Origin: Octopus bimaculoides
Lineage: Eukaryota
DNA: 41,716 nt
Direction of reading: 5' to 3'
Assembly: GCF_001194135.2 (NCBI RefSeq)
Contig: NC_068981.1
Coordinates: forward strand, 48,240,867 to 48,282,582
Position numbers and translations under genes: made by a program. The notes beneath the pieces were generated by a model that worked only from the letters and a program-made list of their open reading frames with translations, did no database searches and had not been told where the DNA came from. Positions 11,651 through 23,173 of this stretch are shown in pieces; the first letter of the stretch is position 1; each line of letters starts with the position of its first letter.

Positions 11651-12491
11651 TAAACGGTCTGATCAATAAGTATCCGGACTGTTGCCATATTAACGATGCT
11701 AAAGCACGCATAGTAAAATCGCTTGGCACAGATTGACCTTGAACGTTGTTCTGCATGCGAACTTAGTTTTAACATTCTAGCTCACTTCCCAGATTAGAGC
11801 AGCCTTTGGAATTAGGTTGTGTAGCCTGTGACAAAAGCTTGGCGATATCAGGCTAGAGGCCTACACAAAGTTTTTAAACAATTTTCATTGTTTTCGATAC
11901 AATTAAGAAAATCTTGTGCAACAGAAACTCGAGTGTCTTTTTGCTGAGCTGAAAACAGTTCTGGTGCAAACTTGGTGCACACGTGTCTCACACACAAATC
12001 TTCAGTGATAATGGATTGAACTGAACCGTAACTTTTCTGCACATCCTGTGATAACTTAACGATCGTGATTCGATGAGTTTCCCTCATAGCTGCACGGACA
12101 TCATTGATGTCTTACTCACCTTTGCTGGTTGTGGGTCTCCCAAATTTTCGCCAATATCGAAATCTTTTCGGTTATCTTGGAAACATCTGAAACATTAGTA
12201 CACTTGTGTGCGGCTGATGCACTCATCTCCATACACTTTCTGCAACTTTGTGCCGGCATCTGAGCAGGTATTCTAATGGCTACTTTTTCTGTCATGTTCA
12301 GCGCAATGATCACATACTACACACCGTCCTTTCAATCATTGCCGTAAATAACTTAACTGAAGTAGAACGTTAAAATTCAGGATTCCAGCAGAGCAGATTT
12401 CAAGGTCAATCTTTGCGTAGCGGTTTTACCTTGCTTTTTATAACTTCGTTACTATGGCAATAGTCGGAAAATTTATTGATCAGATCTCGTG
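11651..12491 (-). mobile_element. Internally truncated mariner derivative with about 180 bp inverted repeats, encoding only the N-terminal DNA-binding half of the transposase
   Basis: Termini CGGTCTGATCAATAAGTATCCGGACT and its inverse GAGATCTGATCAATAAATTTTCCGACT. Frameshifted peptide MTEKV...RITIVKLSQDVQKSYGSVQSIITEDLCVRHVCTKFAPELFSAQQKDTRVSVAQDFL is mariner HTH plus the linker before the catalytic domain. No DDD domain is present. Confidence 0.85.
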
Positions 12492-14720
12492 CAGATTATA
12501 TTCCTGACAAGGTAAACTAAAAATCATGAGTTTCTTACTAAGTTTATGCGCTTAATAGATATGTTATATGGATAGGATCCGACTCCATGTGAAGTACTGA
12601 TACATCAAGTCAATATAAATGAAAATTATTCCAATATAAACGACGAAATATTATGCATGTGAGCTCAATCATATATGCATATTTGTATTACATATGCATT
12701 TTCCAAATAAATATGTATTTTCGAAATAAATATGCATATTCGTATTACATATGCATTTTACGAATACATTTTCAATAAATCTCATAATACTCAAAACAAA
12801 AACAAAATTATGGAGCGGTTCACAATAAATCGAAATAATTATTGACAAGGAAATACAAAAATGGCAAACAGAAAAGAAGTGGCATCAGAAAATATAGATT
12901 ATTAAAATAAAGATTAAAATAGTGAGAAAAAATATTAAGAAACCTGAATAGACAGGAAGCAGTAAAGAAAAAAGAAAATTGTAAGACTGTAAATATATGA
13001 GTAACAAAAAACAAATAAGTGGAAAACTAGAAAAAAATTGTGAATAGAATAATTCAATTGTCTGTTGGCAACTTCCCTCTTTTTGTATTTTAAAGTTTTG
13101 GCAATGTGACCACACACAAGTGATATTTACGGTCTCATTTGCGTTTCAAGCATTTCAATTTATTGTCATCTCCTGACAATCAAATAATAAATTCTCAATG
13201 TTGACCAGTACTGATTGTCTAACAAGGCAATTCAATTGAGAATTTCATCATTAGTAAAGGTAGCAATACGTGATGCCTTAGAACACTCTGCCTGATTTCT
13301 GACGAAAATCACAAATGAAATAAGAGTAAACAGACAAGATTCTACGGATAGAAAAGATAGTCAACATTCATTATAATAGGCATACACACCCACAAACACA
13401 CACGCAACACAGTCGCTCACATCCACTCACGCACAACCATACATATAAAGAAACATTAGCTAAAAGTACAAAAGGAGATAGTGACAGAGCACTGGGGAAT
13501 TAGTGAGAAATTGTGAAAGAGTGGGTCATAATTGTACATTATTGAAGAAAAAAAAAGAAAAGGAAAAGGGAGGTAATCGATGAATGTCCGCCTTGGGGAA
13601 AGAAGTAGGCGTAGCAAATATACTGAATTAAGACGAAACCTTTCTTTACCGCAATTTACTTTCAACAATAGTTGCCACAGGCAATATCTAATATTTAGTT
13701 CAGAACAGAACGTATTATACGAATCACTAGATATTCAATGAAAGACATTGATTAAGAGGTTAGTTTCGAGATATGTTTGAAAGAATGCTAATTGCAATTT
13801 TTTTTAGATGAAAGCAGTTTTATTTAAGATGGCAATCGAATAAATTCTAACGAAAAATTCAGATATGCATAGAAACTATATTATCAGATTCATATCTAAC
13901 AGATAAACGAACATATAATTATTTGCAAATTAAGAGAAGAAATTTGTTACTTTAAGAAAAAAGTGAATTTAGGTAATGCTATAAAGAAATCGTATATGAC
14001 GTAGCATATGTATATTGTAATAAGCGTGTGTGTATGTGTGTGCGTGTGCATTTGTGTCTAAGTGTGTCGTGTTTTTGTATGCATAATTGTGAGTACGCAG
14101 TGATGAGTATGTAATTGTATGACTAAGAAGTACAAAAAAGAAATACTGTCAGTTAAGAGTATTCTTTGTAAATATTAAATATCGTTACTGTCAACAGCTT
14201 TGTTTGCTCTTATTTACTGTAGCATTGTTGACTCTAAACACTTTAGTGACTACGTAATTACAAATTATCTGCACCGTATAATCGTATATTCTCAAATATT
14301 TTAGAAGTTATAGTGAAGAATCAGCGAGTGAAAATACGAATCACCTATCGGCACTGATAGTGTTGCATAGCAGAATAAATAACGAGCAGGCAATGGTATT
14401 CGTTTTCAGCTGAATTGTTTGCCTTTCTCTGAAGTCACTTTTTCATGTACAATACTAACGCCCCAGCAATATATGGCACGACATAATACGCAATGTAATG
14501 AATGCATCACCGTCAGGTCATTCACTTCTATTACGTAACGCATACTTTCATGAATATGGGAGATGATATGAAAATGTTATAAAAGAATCAATAGCAAAAT
14601 CTAAGGGGCCGACATCAGGTAAACAGGTACGCGCGCTCACACACACACACACCCATATAAACATATACGCACCAGCACCAAAGCACACACAAACGTATAT
14701 AAAAATATGGTTGCACGCAA

Positions 14721-14721
<1 letters not shown>

Positions 14722-14761
<40 letters not shown>

Positions 14762-14782
14762 TGTGTGTGTGTGTGTGTGTGT
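14722..14782. repeat. (GT)n microsatellite abutting the mariner left end
   Basis: Near-perfect GT run. Confidence 0.98.
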
Positions 14783-14784
14783 TA

Positions 14785-16054
14785 TTGGGTTGGCAAATGA
14801 TTTTCAGACGTTTTGTTTTAATATTTTGGAATTTATAGCGTTTTTAAATTTTGGAAACTATTTTGTATCAATAATTCTATTTTTTAAACGTTTTTGAATC
14901 TATTTTTTTTTTCAATTTAATTTTAGGTAATTTTTGATTATTTTCAGATCATTAAAATGGAATTTGAAGTTAAGAAAAAGGAGCATTTTCGACACCTCAT
15001 TCTTTTTGCCTTTAGTCAAGGTTCTAAAGCCACAAACGCTGCTCGCGACATTTGTGCTGTGTATGAGGAGGGTACCATAGCTGAAAGTACTGCTCGAGAT
15101 AGGTATGCAAACTTCAAAAAGCGCACCTGGTTCGGGCCGTCCAGTTAAGTTCGATGAAGAGCGATTAACCCAACTTTTTCACGAAAATTCTCATCAAACG
15201 ACGAAGGCACTGGAAGAGAAAATGGAATGCCCCCACACTGCTATAGCATTTGTACTCGATGGGAAAGGTTAAGAAGTTTTAGAAGTTGGGCTCCGCATGC
15301 TTTAAGTGACAAAAACAAAATCAACGATCCACAATTTCCGCTGGTTTGCTTGCTCGTCACCGCTCAACTCATGGACACAAACAACGATTTCTTTACCAAA
15401 TAGTTACTGGCGACGAAGAATAGTGCCTGTACATCAATATGAAGCAGCGTAAGGAATGGTTTAGCCCCGCTAAACAAGCGACACCGCACGTGAAACAAGA
15501 TCTGCATCCGCCTAAAACGATGTTGTGCGTATGGTGTGCTCTGGGAAGGGATTATCCATTAGGAATTGCTTGAACGGAAACAAATGCTCAACGCAGAACT
15601 CTATGTTCATCAGATGTTACAACTCAACACGGCCATTCAAGAGAAAAGACCTGATCGGCAGCATGGAGTTCTTCTGCTGCACGATAACACCCGCCCTCAT
15701 ATCGCCAATATGACCAAGGAAGACATTCAAACGCATGGCTGAGAAGTGCTGCCACAACAGCCGTTCTGTCCTGGTTTGGCACTATCCGATTCCCACCTAT
15801 TTTCTATATCTTTCAAATGCTATGCGCGGAGTTTCGTTCAATACTAATGCAGAATTGAGACTTTGGTTGGATCAATTTTGTGAGTCGAAATCTGTTGATT
15901 TCTACCAACGAAGTATTGAAAATCTTGTTGAACGTTGGGAAGAAGTTGTAAACAAGGCTGAATACATTATTGATTCATTAGTTGTTATTTTTAGTATTAA
16001 ACCTTTTCAAAATTTTAAATTTAATAAACGGCGGGAACTTAGTTGCCAACACAA
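14785..16054 (+). mobile_element. Near full-length mariner (DD34D) DNA transposon, about 1.27 kb, with TA target-site duplication
   Basis: Left TIR TTGGGTTGGCAA after TA (14783-14784); right TIR TTGCCAACACAA before TA (16055-16056); the transposase pseudogene lies between them. Confidence 0.93.
14957..15974 (+). pseudogene. Mariner transposase pseudogene with frameshifts and stops
   Basis: Fragments: KEHFRHLILFAF...AARDICAVY; WAPHAL (WVPHEL motif); IVTGDE (D1); LLHDNTRPH (D2); PFCPGLALSDSHLF (YSPDLAPSD motif, D3); LVERWEEVV. I counted exactly 34 codons between D2 and D3. Confidence 0.92.
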
Positions 16055-16132
16055 TATATAAGTATATTTCTTAATTTCCCAGGGAGGTCGAAGCATAGAG
16101 GAGACAATGAAAGCGATTAAGTCCATTACATC

Positions 16133-16367
16133 NNNNNNNNNNNNNNNNNNNNNNNNNNNNNNNNNNNNNNNNNNNNNNNNNNNNNNNNNNNNNNNNNNNN
16201 NNNNNNNNNNNNNNNNNNNNNNNNNNNNNNNNNNNNNNNNNNNNNNNNNNNNNNNNNNNNNNNNNNNNNNNNNNNNNNNNNNNNNNNNNNNNNNNNNNNN
16301 NNNNNNNNNNNNNNNNNNNNNNNNNNNNNNNNNNNNNNNNNNNNNNNNNNNNNNNNNNNNNNNNNNN
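16133..16367. other. Assembly gap
   Basis: N-run followed by (TA)n. Confidence 1.
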
Positions 16368-16404
<37 letters not shown>

Positions 16405-16659
16405 ATCTCAACTAAACAAGAACGAATTAAGGAGGCCACATTTATTGAAAAATACAAACAAAAATTTAATATGAATATACAATCGAATTCACAAATAAAA
16501 TGAAAGCAACGACATATATGGAATGCGAATTACCTACCCTTACATAAGAATGTGTATATCCAATGATTATCCCTTTAAACATTATATTCACTGATTATCC
16601 CCCTTGAATTAAACTCTTCTGTATTTACGTAAAGCATTCATATCTGCTTCTACTAATAT

Positions 16660-16725
16660 GTACATATATGCACACGCATATGTACACACACACACATGTA
16701 CACACACACACATATATATGTATGT

Positions 16726-16767
<42 letters not shown>

Positions 16768-16810
16768 ATATATATTTGTATGTATATATGTATGTGTGTG
16801 TGGGTATGTG
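16660..16810. repeat. Compound (CA)/(TATATG)/(GT) microsatellite
   Basis: Low-complexity tract including TATATG hexamer repeats. Confidence 0.92.
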
Positions 16811-18347
16811 TGCGCTATTAATAACAACTAGAAGAATCTGATTCTAAAGTGAATGGAGCTTCGACCAGGAGGCATTTATGTAATCAAACATTATCCAAAG
16901 ATAATCTGATGAGTCGACCCTTAACCATATTACTCTCACGTTGATGGTCTAGAAAACGTGGCCAAAACACTGTGCATTATCCCTTGGTTTTCAGTTTCAC
17001 CTCCTTCTTTCCCTCCATAACCAGCTCGTATGACTTTCTGCTACTCCTTCCATTCAGCACGCAGCCGCTATTCGCTCTTTTCCTCATATTCCAATAAATG
17101 TAACCATCCTCCATACTTATCGGGCAGGAAAGGCTTTACAGACACAAGTATAATGTGATATTTTATTTTATTTCAGTATATTTTAAGCGAGAAATTTTAT
17201 AATGTGTTTCATGATAACTGAGTTCAAACTGTTTTGGCTTGAGGCTAAACGCCAGCAACAATTATGACTATAATTTTGAGAACATATTATTTCAGTTTGG
17301 TAGTAAAATTGTAAATATGTCTCATTTACGTCACACTAATGTTTTATGTTTCTATCAGTCTTTCGTTGAAAACATATTTATTTCTGTTTTCATATATATT
17401 CATTTTTATATTCAATTTTTTTTTTCAAATTATTGGGATTCGTATGTCTGATGTAGTAAATTCGAAACTACATATATTTCTGATGAAAAATGAAATAAAT
17501 CAATATGCGATTCTAATTATTGTAAACAGAAATTTGAAATTACACTGTATTACCATCACGAACTTCATTCAGCTGTTTTACCATTTGATTTATTTTGATT
17601 TAAAATTCACATCATTACGATCCATTAATTGAAGTGCTCAGAAATTTATACACAAACGTATCTAAGAATGTAATAAATATTTTCTGTATTTTTAACTGTT
17701 CATATATTGCTATCATATATTAATATCCCTACGCTTCAATCTATAATTAAATATAGCTTGGACCGTAGTTGAACATCTACTGAGAACTACATTCTATTTA
17801 TCCCCACGCAATTAGAATATGAGACTATAGAAACACTAAAGTATATTCTATAACATTATATAGATAAACAAAGCATCTTGACACATCACATTGTACGAAA
17901 TATATTTTCATTGAAAATTAATTACATATTTAATGTAGTATATACATATATACGATATACGAGATACTTGACAGGGTAAAATATTGTTTAATAGACATTT
18001 CTTATTAATCATGTTCCTTCGGGGATGTGTCATTTTGTTTCCGAAGAAAATATATCCGACATTTTAACGACGTTTGCATTATTATTGCTGATACAATACT
18101 GGAGAAAATCTTAAGACCAGTGAAAACTTGTCAAAATGAACGTCTTGCCATCCAATATATTTGTCTACTTTTCAGTATAGATTCAGTGTTGGTAGAGAGA
18201 AAAAAATACGACACCCTGAAGAAATGTTTAACATTTAAAGCACAAAATATGCATTGTATTAAAAGTATCCGTGATTTGCCTGGTCAAAAGCTGAAGACCA
18301 TGACAAATAACAAATGAAAACAATGAATAAATAGTAAACAAGGAGTC

Positions 18348-19281
18348 TCAAAAGTTAGTAACTCCACTTTTCCTGTGAAAATCATCAAAGTTTCGTTGTG
18401 GTATACTCGACACAAGCGTTTCAATGAGGTTGTCCAGAATGTAACACGATGAGGGGAAGACCGCCTGGCTAAGAGCATCCACAATCTCAAATTGCGTTCA
18501 ATATTTATAAACGGCTCTTGTCACAGATCCCAAAAGATTTTCGATGAGATTTAGGTCAGGAGATCATGGAGGATGATTCAAAAGGCGAACGATAGTCTTT
18601 CTGAAGAAATATTTTGGTCTGTGTGCATTACGAATTATAACATTTTCTAGTTCATAAATCTACTTTTCTCCACATAAACGAGAACCTTCAGTCAAGGCTC
18701 ATTGACCGCTTCAATATGCCAACATAACCAGCTGCTATTTGACGCCCCTGCACAAACTGAAAATCCATAGTTCTTGTGTACAAGAAAGTACCTCACACCA
18801 TGATACAGTCTCCACCACTTTCTCTCTCTGAAAAACTCTACGGTGGGAGATCTATTGTATTCCAATATCTGTGGAAGCCATCAGGACCATGAAGGTTGAA
18901 ATTTTCCTGATCTGAGAATGGCAATTTCTTTCAGTTGTGAACGTCCCAGGTTAGGTGATTGTGAGCATTGAAAACGAGTAGGTTTGTGGCGTGGAAGAAG
19001 ACGGAGTCTCTGAAGACTTTTAAGATTTTAGAAAGTCGTCTAATTTCTAAAATGTCGTCTGACCGTCCTTGAGCTGCATTCCGCGAAATTAATTTGGTTT
19101 GATGATGGACAAGTGTCTTTCCTAAGTTTCCGTTTTCTTTGGTCTAACTTTCCTAAATGCCCGTTTCCTCGGTTTTACTGCGACCAATTTCACTCGATAT
19201 TGCACGTTGAATAAGACCTCGTTTCCGGAGCTCTACAAACCTATCACGTTAAAAATCAGTCAACCGCCAGTTCTTGACAAA
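18348..19281 (-). pseudogene. Tc3-like transposase pseudogene
   Basis: Minus-strand fragments: LTDF*RDRFVELRKRGLIQRAISSEIGRSKT (paired-like HTH); PFSDQENFNLHGPDGFHRYW (FSDE..FNLDGPDG motif); SGGDCIMV*G; HPP*SPDLNLIENL (WP..SPDLNPIEN motif); QFEIVDAL...TLVSSIPQR. Confidence 0.88.
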
Positions 19282-19468
19282 CGCGGAAGCTTGAACATAA
19301 ATGCTAGAATTTATAGAGTTTATACCAGATTTAAATGTCATGATTTAAAATGTCTGTAACGAGAAATTATTGTCTGTTTTCATACATTGCATGTTTTCTT
19401 CATTAAATGTTAAAGGTTTATTTAGATTTTTGTACATCCTTTGTTGTTTGCCAATTATGAATCTATAA

Positions 19469-19480
19469 NNNNNNNNNNNN
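19469..19480. other. Assembly gap inside the right TIR of the Tc1-like element
   Basis: N-run next to (TA)n. Confidence 1.
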
Positions 19481-19513
<33 letters not shown>

Positions 19514-20084
19514 TTCGTCTGCAAGGCGTTAATCACTGCGGTTGTTTCAATGGTCTTAAGATTTCGTCCAACAGCGTATATATGTAAGCAGAGGGTCCAT
19601 TGATGTGGGCTTTAGTGTTTCTTCTAGGGATAAAATTCGAAATAGACTAAAATATATGTATGTGAAATTCTCTTTAGCAAAAAACATGCACTAGATTATT
19701 TGATTAATCTGGATTTTAGTGCGTGTTTATTAATCTTAATATAGGTACTTACCTCACTAAATGACGTGGAGAGGTGGTGATATATAAATACAAATCACTT
19801 CATGATTAAACCAATTTAAGTTCTCATTACTGAAGCTAGGAACGAGGAATGCTCCTTCGTTAACTAGTACAGGAATTGTAAAAGGCCTTTTAATTATTTT
19901 TTTTTTATTTTGAAAATTGCAACATATCTCAAAATGATTGCTACTGAACTTCCAGTCATTAATAACATATACATATTAATCGAAACTTTGAATTTGTGTA
20001 ACTGTCTATCCTTGTGAAACTTGCTGAACATTGGAATTTCTATGAACATTTGAACCATTGAAGCACATTTCTCTGATTTACGTC

Positions 20085-20289
<205 letters not shown>

Positions 20290-20828
20290 TATGATATGTA
20301 GAGTTGGTTTTGGGGCGTGTGAAACTGCATGCTAGACTTAGAAGGAGTTTGAGTAGAAAACATTCTAATTCAATGCGCCGTGGGTGACCTCAGCAACTAG
20401 TGTTTAAGGAAATGAATGTTGTGATGACACAGGTGTTTGTAACTAAGACTTTGAATCTCGGAGACAGCCCGTTAATTCTAATTTTCAATTTTATCTGCTC
20501 TTTCTAGTCATTTTTCATGAGTTACTTAAGTATTCCCATTGTCCTGTTATAGGTTATTTAGCTGTGGTTACTGGGTATTTATATTTATTAATAAATATAG
20601 ATACCGTATTCAATCGCAATTGCGCTGAAGTGTTTCCTTTGCATTGATAGGTGTGCAGGTTTGTGAGCAATCTAAGTGTATGTAGAGGTAACAGATGCAA
20701 CCATCAGATATTCAATATAGAAAATACTTCGTAGCATTTAAATGATTTCACTTTAAACTTCGAAACATTTATCGAGGACTGGTTATTTACAAGTCTCTCT
20801 TTCTCTTGAAGACTGAATTTCAACTTAC

Positions 20829-20982
20829 CATAATATTTAAATGCATCGACTGCGCGCAGCATATTCTCGAATTTAAACGAACTGAATCTGACAACGTTAT
20901 AACGTAATTCAGACAGCGAAGAAGCAACTGTCGGACATGTAAAACCATATAATCTCTCCTTATTTTTGAGTATCTTTGTATC
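20829..20982 (-). CDS. Candidate internal coding exon of an unidentified host gene (154 nt)
   Basis: TTTACATAG acceptor (weak polypyrimidine tract) and consensus G|GTAAGT donor. Open frame DTKILKNKERLYGFTCPTVASSLSELRYNVVRFSSFKFENMLRAVDAFKYY(G). No family recognised and no partner exon found. Confidence 0.25.
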
Positions 20983-21008
20983 CTATGTAAATCTTCTCTA
21001 TTAATATA

Positions 21009-21735
21009 CGAGCGGGTGTCCAAAACTAACCGGAACCGTTCTCTGTGGGACAAGTCCTTTGTAGTCCTGGCTTCGCCGTTAGAAGCCATAGGAGTCTTCG
21101 AGTGAAGTCGTTATGCCACGTGGTACGTCTTTATTCTGCAATATGTCTCTCCTATTCGTTGATTTTTTCCGATGGCTGAAACGAAGGAAGAGCGTGCTTC
21201 CGAGTAATTCTGTTTTCTGGTGGGAAAAACGGCATCCGAAACAGCTGTCACGCTTCAAACAGCTTTAAGTATGCAGCCATGAGCAAAACGAAACTTTACG
21301 AGTAGTTTTTACGTTTAAGGAATAGTCAGTTGTTGCTTGAATAACAACCTCGTTAAGGGCGACCGCCAACCTCCCAGACGAATGAAGACACCACGGAATT
21401 TCATGAACTCTCCTTGGAGGAGCGTTGCCGAAAAATTGACAAACTTGCTAATATGACAGGTGTATGCTGGAGCTCCTAAAAATGAATTGTAAGCAAGGGT
21501 TGCGAATGGAAAGAGTTGCATTAACATTACTGAATGTGTATCTTGAACTGAAAGAGCACTTGAAAGTCGTTCGGAATTTATTCCCAAAAGATATCACAGC
21601 AAACAAAATCTGGTGGTAGTGCTATGACCCTGAAACGAAGCAGCAATGGTGTCAATGGAATTATTCAATGTTACCATTCCTCCAAAATAGCGTGTCAAGT
21701 GAAGTCCAGTGACAAGAAAATGCTGATTTGTATAA
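21009..21735 (+). mobile_element. 3'-truncated mariner (5' TIR plus decayed N-terminal transposase)
   Basis: TA-CGAGCGGGTGTCCAAAACTAACCGGAA terminus. Frameshifted peptide MAETKEERAS..FCFLVGKTASETAVTLQTA, ..QPR*GRPPTSQTNE, ..CYDPETKQQ..CQW, ..QVKSSDKKMLI. It ends before the second catalytic Asp and has no right TIR. Confidence 0.82.
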
Positions 21736-21843
21736 ACGAAACCATGAACGCTCATTATCGGAATATATCCACACTTTCTCTTTTTGCATTATTATCCACC
21801 TATCCGTCTGTGTCTCTGTCTGTCAGTACACACACACACACAC

Positions 21844-21883
<40 letters not shown>

Positions 21884-22128
21884 AATAATAAGCAACACGG
21901 ATTTCAAAAGTGATTGCAGTACGCACGTTTCATGCTACTTCAATTTATTTAAGTAATGTGAGCATTACCTTAAATGCAATATGAAGAGCAATCTTCAGCT
22001 GCACGAAAAAATGTAGAAAAAAGACATATTACAAATGTGGCAACATATTAAAACCAAGTGGGAGAGAGCAGAGGAAGAATATATAAGTCCATCTTGACAT
22101 AGCAGGGTCTATCAGGCTAGCCTGATAG

Positions 22129-22408
22129 NNNNNNNNNNNNNNNNNNNNNNNNNNNNNNNNNNNNNNNNNNNNNNNNNNNNNNNNNNNNNNNNNNNNNNNN
22201 NNNNNNNNNNNNNNNNNNNNNNNNNNNNNNNNNNNNNNNNNNNNNNNNNNNNNNNNNNNNNNNNNNNNNNNNNNNNNNNNNNNNNNNNNNNNNNNNNNNN
22301 NNNNNNNNNNNNNNNNNNNNNNNNNNNNNNNNNNNNNNNNNNNNNNNNNNNNNNNNNNNNNNNNNNNNNNNNNNNNNNNNNNNNNNNNNNNNNNNNNNNN
22401 NNNNNNNN
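22129..22408. other. Assembly gap
   Basis: N-run. Confidence 1.
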
Positions 22409-22420
22409 TATATCTAAACC

Positions 22421-22457
<37 letters not shown>

Positions 22458-23142
22458 CATACATACATATATACATGTATATATATGTGTGTGTGGATGA
22501 ATGGATGTACGTATATATAGGGAGAGTGGGAGAATAAGAGAAAGAAAAAGAGAGAAATAGACATAGATAAATAGATGGATAGGTGCTAGCGTCATCCAAT
22601 TCTAGATCGATAAGCATTTTCTTCGCAGTCTCTGTTGCGCAACTGTCCTCTCATTGTTGCTATATAATGTCAAATATCCCCATTTATCTCGGTACATGTA
22701 TTCTTTCACAAAAACATTGCCTCTTTAAGATATTAATATTCATACAAGCCATCGTTTGATGTAATCTCCGTTAACTTTAGTACATGTCCACGTGTATCTC
22801 AAACCTGTCCTCACATAGTTTTCCTTTAAATGGCATGTCATACTTAATTAGTCACAAGGTATAATATTTTGTAATGTAAATTTCATTATTCGCACGTTTG
22901 ATTTGTAGCTCCCTTGGAGTATCTGCATTATCCTCCACGCATTCTCCTCCAATTAATTTTTAGAATTAAAATTTGCTTCTATATATCGACATGTACTTCA
23001 TTTTGTCATTCAAACAACCAATGCAGTAAATGGTACATCACTAATCTGATATTCCAGTAAATTATATTTATTAAAACTGGACAGTTCATACAATTGTTCT
23101 GCACAGCAGACACGTGTTTTCTTGTTGATATATGTGTGTGTA

Positions 23143-23173
<31 letters not shown>

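Larger units (their letters stand above)
18094..19576 (-). mobile_element. Tc1/Tc3-like DNA transposon with long TIRs and TA target-site duplication
   Basis: TA-CAATACTGGAGAAAATCTTAAGACCA at the left and TGGTCTTAAGATTTCGTCCAACAGCG-TA at the right. The inverted similarity extends at least 170 bp. A decayed transposase lies on the minus strand. Confidence 0.88.

Noticed and set aside
19753-19900. Consensus minus-strand donor AG|GTAAGT at about 19752
   Set aside because: All three upstream frames contain stops before the donor; could only be a UTR exon and is unsupported.
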